This document shows, piece by piece, positions 12,698 to 24,132 of a stretch of DNA of 64,000 bases. The position numbers were made by a program, and so were the translations under genes. Position 1 is the stretch's first letter. Each line of letters starts with the position of its first letter. Source of the stretch: Eledone cirrhosa (lineage: Eukaryota); NCBI GenBank assembly GCA_964016885.1, contig OZ024740.1, positions 380,308,001-380,372,000 of the forward strand, written 5' to 3'. The notes beneath the pieces are model-generated. The model searched no databases and was not told the origin of the DNA. It saw only the letters and a program-made list of their open reading frames with translations.

Positions 12698-13149
12698 GAA
12701 AATTTTAGTAAGTTAATTTTTAATTTTTAAAATTTTCTTATTTTACGTCTTTCATATAATTGTTCTACATCCTCCTGCATTGAACGACCTAGGTACTATG
12801 ACATAACTTATGTATTTGCTAGCATTAGTGTACATCTGTACGCATATGTTGGTAAATATACTAATTCTCTATATTTATCTCCAAATTATTTATTTGTTGA
12901 GCAAACCTGCCAAATCCACTACTAATTCATTGTAATGGTAGTAGGCTTTTGTCATTTTACCACCCCACTCCTTCCGACTAGCCTCAGTGTCACGTGATTG
13001 ATTCTTTAGAATCTGCCATTTGACCAGAGACAGTGAACTTTTTCAGTGCTATGGAATTCGGTCCCCGCTAGCTGTTCCATCCACCGAATTATTATTTTTA
13101 TATGAGTCCCTAGTGTCCGCGCATTGCCTGGAGACTTAGCTGAGAATAG

Positions 13150-13231
13150 ACTCCCTGATGACGTAATGAATTCTCGATGGTTACATTGCGTAACTATCTT
13201 TATCCCATTACAGAAACTAATTAGTTGGAGT
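13150..13231 (+). ncRNA. Type I hammerhead ribozyme (array copy 5)
   Basis: Same motif. Confidence 0.85.
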
Positions 13232-13586
13232 GAAAATTTTAGTAAGTAAGTTAATTTTTAATTTTTAAAATTTTCTTATTTTACGTCTTTCATATAATTG
13301 TTCTGCATCCTCCTGCATTGAACCACCTAGGTACTATGACATAACTTATGTATTTGCTAGCATTAGTGTACATCTGTACGCATATGTTGGTAGATATACT
13401 AATTCTCTATATTTATCATCAAATTATTTATTTGTTGAGCAAACCTGCCAAATCCACTATGGAGATATAACAGATACAGAAACAAAAGCCAACCAAACAG
13501 TGAGTGTGTTCTGTTATTATTTCTGGCAATGTTACAACAATGTGACGCCCCCCAAGTATAACAATATAATATATATATATATATAT

Positions 13587-14399
13587 CCAAAATTAAAATT
13601 AAGGGTTGTCATGTCTGATAGACATGCGCCATATCCACTGTAGAATAAGCTCAAAGATTAGATCCGAGCATTACATATCAACTAGAAATAGATTGACATA
13701 TATATATATAAAATAAACATATGAAACAATCACAGGGAATAATTTGTAAAGAATGTAAGCACACATAGCTAGGTAGGTAACTAATTAAGGTTTAACTAGA
13801 ACTTCAAATATAGATACCTTTTTAAATGATTAATCTCCTTTGTATATATTTCTTTAAGTAAGAAATATATTTCACCTATTAATCCGTAAATAACAGCAGT
13901 TAAATTCTTTGATGTTCACCAAAGGAGAAGAAGATAACCATCTGCGTTTACAAAGCAAATGCAAATTTGTGAATGACTCGAACCACGTGTTGCATTTTTT
14001 TAAAAATCCACACATTGCACAGCGTCATCCCAGTGGCGTGAATAGGACCATCGACAGCCAGAAATAGCAGCCGAGCCTATTCAACTGAATTAGCTCAACA
14101 ATCAAGGGGCTGTATATATATCCAAAATTAAAATTAAGGGTTGTCATGTCTGAGAGACATGCGCCATATCCACTGTAGAATAAGCTCAAATATTAGATCC
14201 GAGCATTACATATCAACTAGAAATAGATTGACATATATACAAAGGAGATTAATCATTTTAAACGGTATCTATATTTGAAGTTCTAATTAAACTTTAATTA
14301 GTTACCTACCTAGCTATGTGTGCTTACATTCTTTACAAATTATTCCCTGTGATTGTTTCATATGTTTATTTTATAGATATATATATGTCAATCTATTTC

Positions 14400-14404
<5 letters not shown>
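13587..14404. repeat. TA-embedded element with a 535-bp-period direct repeat plus an inverted segment
   Basis: ccaaaattaaaattaagggttgtc... at 13587 and 14122; about 14232-14404 is the reverse complement of about 13680-13848. Confidence 0.8.
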
Positions 14405-14472
<68 letters not shown>

Positions 14473-14511
14473 ACTATTAGCTTCTCGCTAAAACAATCTC
14501 TATACCTTTCA

Positions 14512-14574
<63 letters not shown>

Positions 14575-14748
14575 AAGTAGTTTCACAACAGTTAATTCCC
14601 CATACGTAGAAACAAATGTTTCACCTTATGCGGATCTTCAGCTCGGTCTGAATGAAAGTTGTACGGAAAAGGAAATAACAACCCCAGCTCTACTACTACG
14701 GATATAACCCTCCATTATTCTACTACTACTACTATATATATATATATA

Positions 14749-14851
14749 TGGATGAGGAAAGCACGATCCAGAGAGGAATGGACGGCGTGCTGTAACCAGC
14801 GGCGCCAAACAGACGCCCGAATGACTGGTCGATCAAGGTGATCAAGGTGAT
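14749..14851 (+). mobile_element. Probable 3'-terminal stub of an RTE-clade LINE
   Basis: Encodes WMRKARSREEW (W..A..R..W C-terminal motif) and ends in a tandem (gatcaaggt)2 tail; lies in (TA)n. Confidence 0.5.
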
Positions 14852-14873
14852 ATATATATATATATATATAGGA

Positions 14874-14986
14874 GAAAGTATGACCCCGACGGCAGAACTC
14901 AAGGTGTTTCGACGGCTATTTCTGGACTAAAGTAAAAGTTTTTTAGTCTGGTAAATAAGTAGCCGAACTTATCAAGGGGTACTTCC
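14874..14986 (-). ncRNA. Hammerhead with U3-A8 core variant (left repeat)
   Basis: Reverse strand: ggaagtacccc-TTGATAA-gttcggcta...tagccgtc-GAAAC-..gccg-TC-ggggtcatactt; 5' strand of stem III mutated in this copy. Confidence 0.65.
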
Positions 14987-15775
14987 TTATATGGGAAGAT
15001 TGTAGTTGTCAAGAGGATTGGTCAAAATTTGTAGCAGACACAGAAAAGTCTATCGTGGCAGTAGGTGTGGGGTGGGGATGGCTGATCTTGCTTTTAGAAC
15101 GATAGGGGAATGGGTAGAGCCGGTCAAGCGTAGAAGGCGAAATCTACATGGCAAATTCTAAGGAATGAGTATGAAATTAGGCCAGAGGAGGTTGGCGAAA
15201 AAAGGTTTCTTTAGAAAGTGGAAGAGGGACGTTATAGAAATAGTAAAACAAAAGCGGTTAGGGGACAAAGAAAAAATATATTAAAAAAGGATATAATAAA
15301 AAATGAGAGAAAGATGTATCAGAATGTAAGGTTGGAAAGTGAGAAGTGAAATAAAACAAAAACTAAGGTTTCTAACACAGCTGCTATATTTAGTTGGTGC
15401 TGCTATATCCGCCAAAGCTATAGAATGAGTTGCTAGATGAGAATTATTGAAAATTAAGAATTAAAAATTAATACCACATCTCTGGGGTCTAACACAGCTG
15501 CTATGAATAGTTAGTATAGCGTAATCGGCGAATGCTATCTGTAAGTTACTGGGGAGGGGGTACTGAGGCTAAAGAGGCCCGATGGGCTGCCTAGGGGTAG
15601 GCCAAAGAGAAAAAAAAACAAAGAAACGAACGAGGAAGAAGTTCGGTTGTGGAAAGAAGAGATGGGGGAGACAAGGGGAGAAGAAAACATAGAGGAAGAG
15701 AAAAGAGGTACATCTACCTATATCAGTAGGGGTTTTCCCTATCTTATTCGGCAAGTGGGGTATTTCAGCCCTAGT

Positions 15776-17285
15776 TTACCCACCCGGATCGTTAGGGGGT
15801 TTGCGGGCGAGGTAAGTCTTCCGCAATCTGTGTTTGCATGCAGCTACCAGTTCGTCTTTTTTGTTTAGGAGTTGCTCCTTCGTAAACAGCTTTTGTAATG
15901 TTTCCTCCGTACATAAGTTACACGGACGGCGTCCCCCCGTGTAAGAGTTAGCTCTGGACAGTAAGCTCCAAGTAAGATGGTAAGTTATATTATTATCTTG
16001 GAGGTCCCAGATATGGACCGAAAGTGTGGTGGCATGTCGCCGGACTGGGTTTCGGAACGTATGTCGGTGTTGGTAGAGCCGGGTCTTAAAGTCACAAGCG
16101 GTTAATCCTATAAAAGCTTTGTTGGAGGTGTCCGTCCTCAGGTTGCACTGGTAGATCACGTTACGTTCTCGGTATCTGTTGTTGAGGGGGCACGTAGATC
16201 TATCAGGGCAGATACACCTCCTGGTCGGCTCTCCGCTAATTTCTAGGTTGTTTCTTCCATAGGGGTTGAGTTTTTTGTTGTTTGAGGAGATGATGTTTTG
16301 TGCGAAGTTAGGTGTGGTGCTGTAGGATAGCTTGATAGTGTTTTTGTTGATTATATTGTGGTAGCCGTGTTGTGGTGGAAAGTGTTTTTCGAGGAGCCTA
16401 AACAAGATTTTCCCGATAGGTGTTGCCACCTCGGCATTGTGGGGCGGATTGAACCACGTTACGTGGTGGGAGCGGCGCGTCGCCTGCTCGTTCTGCTAAG
16501 GGAAGCTGGATAAATGGATATTTCCTCCCGGAAGTCACTCCGCTTGAGGGCCTGGTTGTAATGAGGCGCATGTTCGTCGAATATCTGCTCATTAGCGGAC
16601 AAACGAGATATGCGGAGGGAGATGTTTTTTTCCAGATTATTGGTGATGTTTCTAGGATGGTTAGAGCGGCGGTGGATGTAGTGCAGGTTGTCGTTTGGTT
16701 TCCTGTATGGGTGGTACAGGTCATTTTCGAGGTTGAGGGTAACGTCCAGGAAATTTACTCGTGTTAGGGACGTTTGTAGGGTGATTTTAAATCCTCAGTC
16801 CCAGAAAAAGTTGATAAGTTGTTTACGGACCCGGTCTGTACTACTGAGGGTGTACCCTTTGAGGGTAAGAAGCCCATCGTCTCGGTACAATCCACCGCCG
16901 AATGCGGCAAACATTTCGGTGAGTTTAAATAGTAGGAATAATCCTATAAGATCTGTGACCTCGGCCTAATCGGTCGCGCCCCCGCTGACGTCGAAGGGGG
17001 AGTCGGGAGCTCTCTTTATCCACTTGGAGTTGTCGAAAAATAGAACTGTCTTCCTGGTGTGGAGGATGATATTTCTTTCCTGGTCGGTGATGGGCGTGAG
17101 TGTTTCGGCAAAGTCCAAGGCGGCCCTAAGGAGCGGTAAGGTAATAGATGCATAGTAACTATGTCAAACTGGATGAATTTTGTGTCCTGTTTGTCCTCAA
17201 TATTCCTGAACCATGATATTACTTCCTGGGTGCTAAACCATAGGCTAAGTCTCGCGTTTTGCTTAACTTTTGGTATAACGCGGTC
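15776..17285 (-). pseudogene. 5'-truncated, frameshifted PLE reverse transcriptase + GIY-YIG endonuclease
   Basis: [49 protein letters not shown]...FKTR...H, CNLC, CKH; homologous to ORF 18969-20717. Confidence 0.9.
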
Positions 17286-18024
17286 TTATATAGGTAGATG
17301 TACCTCTTTTCTCTTCCTCTATGTTTTCTTCTTCCCTTTGTTTCCCCCTATCTCTTCTTTCCACCACCGAACTTCTTCCTTGTTCGTTTTTTTGTTTTTT
17401 CCTCCTTTCGCCTACCCCTAGGCAGCCCATCGGGCCTCTTTAGCCTCAGTATCCCCACCCCAGTAACTTACAGATAGCATTCGCCGATTACGCTATACTA
17501 ACTATTCATAGCAGCTGTGTTAGACCCCAGAGATGTGGTATTAATTTTTAATTCTAAATTTTCAATAATTCTCATCTAGCAACTCATTCTATAGCTTTGG
17601 CCGATATAGCAGCACCAACTAAATATAGCAGCTGTGTTAGAAACCTTAGTTTTTGTCTTATTTCACTTCTCACTTTTCAACCTTACATTCTGATACATCT
17701 TTCTCTCATTTTTTATTATATTCTTTTTTATTATATTTTTCTTTGTCCTCTAATCGCTTTTGTTTTACTATTTCTATAACGTCCCTCTTCCACTTTCCAA
17801 AGAAACCTTACTTCGCCAACCTCCTCTGGCCTAATTTCATACACATTCCTTAGAATTTGCCGTGTAGATTTCGCCTTCTACGCTTGACCGGCTCTACCCA
17901 CACCCCTATCGTTCTACAGGCAAGTTCAGCCATCCCCACCCCGCATCCACTGCCATGATAGACGTTTCTGTGTCTGCTACAAATTTTGACCAATCCTCTT
18001 GACAACTACAATCTTCCCATATAA

Positions 18025-18136
18025 GGAAGTACCCCTTGATAAGTTTGGCTACTTATTTACCAGACTAAAAAAACTCTTACTTTAGTCCAGAAATAGCCGT
18101 CGAAACGGCTTGAGCTCTGTCTTCCGGGTCATACTT
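18025..18136 (+). ncRNA. Hammerhead with U3-A8 core variant (right repeat)
   Basis: TTGATAA at 18036-18042, GAAAC at 18102-18106; 3' strand of stem III mutated in this copy. Confidence 0.65.
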
Positions 18137-18669
18137 GCTCCTATTACCCACTCTACTACCCTAAGTATTGAGTACTCTGGTGCGTTATGGTCTTTCTGGT
18201 GCCTTACCACAACTCCTTCGTTATATATAAAAAGGGGTTGTGGTTTCCAGGTTGTTCTTGTAATTGAGAATACGTGTCATCATAAAACGCTCCAGCTGAG
18301 ATAATCGTGACTGTTCCTATATTTGTTCTTAAAGGTGAGATTTGCTTGAGATTTGGTTATTATCTTTAGTATTTGGAACCACATCATTACTGCTCCGTTG
18401 TTCACTCGTAGATAAATATTCTATATTCTCCAGTGACACCATCAAGTTAATGAATCGAATTTTGTTGAACGTTTCTATTTGTTTAAACCATAACAAACAA
18501 AATTGTTACAACACTATTTTAGTCATCTTTGATGATTTTGTTGTCTTTAAGAGAGGTTATCTATGAAAGCGATGAACAGTCAACCGCAGCTGGAACAAAT
18601 TACACCTTGAACTTTTATCACTTTAGACATTACCGTCAACAGATAAGTATATCACTGTACTTCTCTCTG

Positions 18670-18763
<94 letters not shown>

Positions 18764-18875
18764 GGAGGTGAGTTTTATTGTAGTACAATAAAGCAATGCA
18801 GATATCGGATAAGAAGCACTCTACAGTTTGTGGGACTGGAGTATGCATAATATAAAAGATGGTTAAAGGATAAAT

Positions 18876-20717
18876 CTCAAGGATCACAAAAACAATTTTC
18901 GCACTGAACTACCTGTTAGATTAATCGCCCCCTCTAAATCTGATCTGGGGGTTGTTAGTAAAGCCATCTTGGATAGGATTATCCCACAGGTTAGTTCTAA
19001 TTGCTCTTCTTTAAACCTAAATTTATGGTTTGGTACTTCTGAAGTGATTGGCTGGTTCAACAAATTGGATAATAAAAACAAACTAAAATTTATTCAATTC
19101 GATATTGCCAGCTACTATTCCTCCATTTCGCCTTCACTTCTCAATAATGCTCTATCTTTCGCACTTAAATATTCTGACATCACCACAGATGAACCTCACA
19201 TCATCCTCACCGCACGTAAAACCATCCTAGAGTTCAACAACGAATATTGGACCAGAGCCGATACCTCTAACAACTTCGACATCACAATGGGAGCATCCGA
19301 TTCATCCCAATTGACTGATTTAATTGGTATCTTCATTTTGAACTCTTTGAGTCGGAAAATTCCTCAACTTCGCGGTGGAATTTATCGTGACGATGGACTC
19401 TTTACTATCCTAAATTGCAATATAGTTAAACTTAATATTATTAAGAACAATATACGTAATCTCTTTAACCAACATAACCTAAAAATTGAATTTGATAATA
19501 GTACCAAACTAGCTAATTTCTTGGATGTATCTCTTAATCTTGACACTGGCCTATATTACCCTTACCATAAAAACAATGAGAATCTTAATTATGTTAACTT
19601 TAAATCTAACCATCCTACCAATATCAAGAATGCTATAGTTAATAATATTGGAAATAGAATATCTAACATATCTTCTAATAAAAACATCTTTGATGCTAAC
19701 GCCAATTACTATAATAACGCACTTTCTAAAGCTGGCTATCCAGATAAAATCAAATATAATAAAGAAACAAATTCTAGGAAAACTTACAGTAGAATATTTA
19801 ATCATAACCATTCCAATAATTTTAATAAAAGACCTAGATACAAAAACATAATCTGGTATAATGCTCCTTTCTCCATCTCTATTAATAACAATATTCCTAA
19901 ATTATTTTTTAGTGCCTTAAATAAATGCTTCCCTCCCTCACATATCTATAGTAAAATATTTAACAAACACACCATCAAATTTTCGTATTCTACATCCTCC
20001 AATATTTCCAACATCATCTCTAAACACAACAACAAAATATTAAATACTAAATCTCTTCCTTCCAATATTGAATTTCATAATAACAATAATAGTACTCCTG
20101 ACGTCATTGTAAACCCTAGGCTAACTTCTGTAAACCCAAATGCAACGTCAAACACAACTTCGCTAAATGTTCATAATCCAACTCTAAATCAAGAAACTAT
20201 TATTCCTATTATTCCTATCGCAAACAACTTCTCCAATCCAATTCCTTCTATAGATAACACTAGATCACTCATTAATAATCTCTCTAATTGCAACTGCCGC
20301 ATTAAAAATAAATGTCCTCTCAACAACCATTGCCTCGATAAAAACTTAATTTATGAATGTAAAATTATAACTAGCACCAATTCCTTCACCTATTTTGGCT
20401 CCACTTCCACCTCTTTTAAAGCTCGTCTCTATAATCATCATTCATCTTTCAAATACAAACTTAAAAGAACTAACACTGCTCTCTCAGAACTCATATGGTC
20501 CTTAAAAGACAAAAACATTAAATATAACATCTTTTGGAAAAAGATTTCTTCTGCATCCTCGTACTTGAACAGCTCTCTATCTAAAATCTGTAATCTCTGC
20601 CTAAATGAAAAATTTACCATTATCTCTAACCTAGAATCCATAATAAATAGACGCTCGGATTTGTTTTCCATCTGCCTGCATAAATTCCATAGAACTTTTC
20701 ACAAAGTATACAGTTAA
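18876..20717 (+). CDS. PLE RT + C-terminal GIY-YIG endonuclease, uninterrupted but N-terminally truncated
   Basis: In-frame LKDHK..P.RLI upstream of the ORF call; FDIASYY, ITMGASDS, IYRDDGL, NFLDVSL, CNC....CPL...C, LIYEC..YFGST..FKAR...H, CNLC, CLH. Confidence 0.9.
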   Translation, partial: LKDHKNNFRTELPVRLIAPSKSDLGVVSKAILDRIIPQVSSNCSSLNLNLWFGTSEVIGWFNKLDNKNKLKFIQFDIASYYSSISPSLLNNALSFALKYSDITTDEPHIILTARKTILEFNNEYWTRADTSNNFDITMGASDSSQLTDLIGIFILNSLSRKIPQLRGGIYRDDGLFTILNCNIVKLNIIKNNIRNLFNQHNLKIEFDNSTKLANFLDVSLNLDTGLYYPYHKNNENLNYVNFKSNHPTNIKNAIVNNIGNRISNISSNKNIFDANANYYNNALSKAGYPDKIKYNKETNSRKTYSRIFNHNHSNNFNKRPRYKNIIWYNAPFSISINNNIPKLFFSALNKCFPPSHIYSKIFNKHTIKFSYSTSSNISNIISKHNNKILNTKSLPSNIEFHNNNNSTPDVIVNPRLTSVNPNATSNTTSLNVHNPTLNQETIIPIIPIANNFSNPIPSIDNTRSLINNLSNCNCRIKNKCPLNNHCLDKNLIYECKIITSTNSFTYFGSTSTSFKARLYNHHSSFKYKLKRTNTALSELIWSLKDKNIKYNIFWKKISSASSYLNSSLSKICNLCLNEKFTIISNLESIINRRSDLFSICLHKFHRTFHKVYS

Positions 20718-20772
20718 TATTCAATTCTTTATCAATTTAGAATCTTTTCTCAAAGGCACATATACATACACC

Positions 20773-21205
20773 TCTTTAAAATATACCCATCTACCTTACT
20801 TTAAAGGGCATTATACACTCTATAATACTCGTTTACTCATTACCCTCATCCTATCTTCTCGTAAAACAATAACATTTGTTTTTGACATTTTGAGTATTCA
20901 TCCGCAATCATTATTATTTTTTCTCTCTATCATAAATCTTTTTAATCTCAATTTCATCCTTAATTTATTATTATATATTTTTTTTTTAATATATACTCAT
21001 ATATTCTTTAAAATATACCCATCTACCTTACTTTAAAGGGCATTATACACTCTATAATACTCGTTTACTCATCACCCTCACTCTATCTCCTCGTAAAACA
21101 ATAACATTTGTTTTTGACATTTTGAGTATTCATCCGCAATCATTATTATTTTTTCTCTCTATCATAAATCTTTTTAATCTCAATTTCATCCTTAATTTAT
21201 TATTA
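20773..21205 (+). repeat. ~200-bp direct duplication (period ~232) in the PLE 3' region
   Basis: tctttaaaatatacccatctacc... at about 20773 and 21005; a second, looser duplication at about 21405 and 21636. Confidence 0.85.
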
Positions 21206-21921
21206 TTTTTTTCTCCCCATCAACGAACTCATTATTAATAAATATCAATTCAATATACAAACTTTAACTTCACATTATTTTTCTCAAATCCTTCTACACA
21301 TAAACTTTTTCTCTTTGCTAATTTTAAAATTCCTACATTTCTTCTTTTGACGTTAGAATATTCACCCACAATTATTATTTTTTTCTCTCTATCTTCATAC
21401 ATAATTTCCCTTCGTTAATTTTCAAATTCCTTTAATTTATACATTATCTTCCAACGGTTCCCAACCTCTCTATATTAAAACATTATATCTTTTTCTCAGT
21501 TATAAAAACTATCTCTTTCTCTCTATCACCCATCTCTCCCTTTCCACCTTCACTCTCATCTCCTCCCCTTTTTTTCATCCTTTCCAACCCCCCCCCCCCT
21601 CCCTAAATATAATATATTTTTTCCTCGCACATATCCTCCCTTCGTTAATTTTCAAAATTTTTAATTTATACAGTATCTTCCAACGGTTTTCAACCCCTCT
21701 ATATAAAATATATCTCCTCTCAGTTATAAAAACTATCTCTTTCTCTCTATCACCCATCTCTCCCTCTCATCTCCTTCCCTTTTCATCCTTTTCTCTCCCC
21801 CCCTCTCTAAATAAAATATTTTTCCCAATATCACACATCAATCTAAAACCACTTTTCATATGTTGATTTAAAACTGCACTATCAACAAGTGTTTTTTTAG
21901 CCTTCATATCATGTTCTCCTG

Positions 21922-21988
21922 TTTTATCTGATGAAAACACAAATATTATTGTTTGATGATGTTTGTTTTTGAAATGCGCATAATAAAA
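21922..21988 (+). ncRNA. Type I hammerhead ribozyme of the PLE
   Basis: ttttat-CTGATGA-aaacacaaatattatt..gatgatgtttgttttt-GAAA-tgcgca-TA-ataaaa. Confidence 0.85.
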
Positions 21989-22020
21989 TATATTGAACTC
22001 CTTTAACCATCTTTTGATCT

Positions 22021-22066
<46 letters not shown>

Positions 22067-22107
22067 ATATTAAATAAATGGGAACTATATTTATAAAACC
22101 ATATTTA

Positions 22108-22168
22108 TTTTATTATATATATTTCAAGGGTAACCAAGACAACATTGGTATGCTTTCATCAGATAAAC
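22108..22168 (-). ncRNA. Type I hammerhead ribozyme
   Basis: Reverse strand: tttat-CTGATGA-aagcataccaa..ttggttaccctt-GAAA-tatata-TA-ataaa. Confidence 0.8.
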
Positions 22169-23265
22169 TACAAAGTTTGTTTTATAAATAGAGACATACC
22201 CATGAAAATCATACCTTATCGGTTGGAAATTCACTGGATAGTGGAAATATATTAGGGATTATTCAAACTTATGTGTGAATATGCAAATGAATATATACAA
22301 ATTTGAAAAACAACCGTTTATTTAAATGACACTAGAGAAAAAGAGAGAGAAAAAATATAAGTGGATAAAGATAAAAAAATATTACGAGAGAGATAGAGAG
22401 AAGAAATTAACAAGAGCGTGAATAAAACTGATATAACGTTAATTTGGGGGAAATATATTCTAAGTATATATCTAATAGTACGTGTATTTACGATCAATTA
22501 GTTGTTTAAAATTCTTTGCTAATATAATATTTTCTGTTATAAGTATATAGAAAAATAAATAGATAGAAAAATAGATAGAAAATAAATAAATAAATAAATA
22601 TTTAAAATAAATAGATAAATAGATAAATAAATGAATAGATGGGTATATCGTGTTATAGATAATTGTTTTAATGAGTTATGAGAGATATTGGTTTTGTATT
22701 TAATGTACGTAAATATTAAATTAAATTAAGTTAACTGAGTTAATAAGAATATTTATATTTATATATTTTAAAATGGGAAGATACGGAAAAAACTCGTTTT
22801 GTTTATTTATTCGTTAGTATGAGACTATTTTGTCAAAATAAGTATAAATGTTGAAAGATATATTTAGCCAGAATTAGTTAGTGTTTATAAATCTAATAAA
22901 AGATATTGAAAAAATTATTAAAAATTCGAGAAAATGTTTTAAAAAAATAATTTATAAGAGATAAGTAATTTTTTTTAAAATAAGTAATTTTTAAAAATAG
23001 ATTAAAAAAATTAAAGAAATAAAATATAAAGAATTTAAAATTATTAAGATTAAAATTACAATTAAAATTTTAATTTAAATTTTAAAAAATTAGAATTATA
23101 TATGTATATATTTTATGAAACTTTAAGAAGTGAAATTATAGCAAATGTTATAGATATGATTTAGAGATATCAATATATTAAAACCAAGTGGATAAGATTG
23201 TTATGGAAATAAGTAGAAATATTATAAGTGTAATTATAATTTATATATAGTTCTAAATGTTGAAT

Positions 23266-23860
23266 TCAGGCGATGTCTACAATAACTAAATAAATTCGTC
23301 CTATATTATAGAGTTTACGTATGAAAAAGAATTCCTCAAAACACAATTTGCAGAATCTAGATAAAGCTGTGTTTCGGTACGCGGGTGCTTTCGAAATTAT
23401 TTCCCAAGTTAATGAATAGTGCATATTTTTGCATTTTAAGTTCCATACCAGGTTTGAAAGAGAAGTTGAAGATTTTTTATCAAATCTTTGGAAAGAGCAT
23501 TTGTGATTATTCCATCGACTTTTAAATTCTGTAGAAGTTTCACCTACATAGTTAAATATATTATCACTTGTTTTGGCTGTACATTTATAGACCACGTCCT
23601 TATCTAAACACTTATTTTGTAAAGGACAGTTTAATTTAATTCTACAGTTACATTTTGCGGAGTTTTGTTATTCCGAACGGTACTATTATATTGCTAGAGA
23701 TATTACTGCTATTTTGATTATTTTGGTTAGGGTTTAAATTTGTATTATTGATTCTATTTATATTTTGTGCTATGTTAATAGTAGTAGAGTAAGATAGTTT
23801 TATAATATGTCTGTTAAAGATTGAGTGGTATCTGTGGGCTTTAGGAAAACAGATACCACT
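23266..23860 (-). pseudogene. PLE GIY-YIG endonuclease fragment, frameshifted
   Basis: ORF pieces 23266-23595 and 23648-23860. Confidence 0.85.
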
Positions 23861-23910
23861 CAACATTTTTAGAGAATTTTTTGACAAGCAAAAGATAATG
23901 GTCAAGAGAA

Positions 23911-23984
<74 letters not shown>

Positions 23985-23988
23985 TATA

Positions 23989-24087
<99 letters not shown>

Positions 24088-24132
24088 TAAACAAATAATG
24101 AATAAACAATTCCTTATATTAAACAAAAAAAG

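Larger units (their letters stand above)
9871..13459. mobile_element. Retrozyme-like tandem array: 534-bp non-coding unit, one hammerhead per unit; ~1.55 units on - then ~5.2 units on +
   Basis: CTGATGA cores at 11020, 11554, 12087, 12621, 13155 (spacing 534/533/534/534); inverted cores at 10004-10010 and 10542-10548; inversion junction at about 10701-10703; near-identical units; TA-flanked. Confidence 0.85.
14871..18222 (-). mobile_element. Penelope-like element with ~850-bp inverted terminal repeats and an ~81-bp tail
   Basis: 14871-15723 is the inverted repeat of 17289-18141; frameshifted RT + GIY-YIG ORF between them; extra tail 18142-18222; (TA)n flanks. Confidence 0.9.
18761..22026 (+). 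mobile_element. Penelope-like element, 5'-truncated, with short inverted terminus and tail
   Basis: About 18849-18870 is an inverted copy of the 3' end (tcctttaaccatcttt) preceded by an ~88-bp tail; then ORF, pyrimidine-rich 3' region with internal duplications, HHR near the end; (TA)n on both sides. Confidence 0.9.
22062..23910 (-). mobile_element. 5'-truncated PLE (thumb + GIY-YIG remnant, long AT-rich 3' region)
   Basis: [23 protein letters not shown] and VYKC..NYVGET..FKSR..H..TSLS..VW.LK..CKLC; tail-to-tail with the preceding PLE across one (TA)n tract. Confidence 0.85.

Noticed and set aside
9871-13459. CRISPR-like or ordinary satellite interpretation of the array
   Set aside because: No spacers and eukaryotic context. 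One HHR per unit plus the inversion and TA ends fit retro-mobilised RNA better, although an amplified PLE terminal repeat is not excluded.
14610-14650. Minus-strand CTGAAGA...GAAAC motif
   Set aside because: Core present but stems I and II pair poorly; not called.
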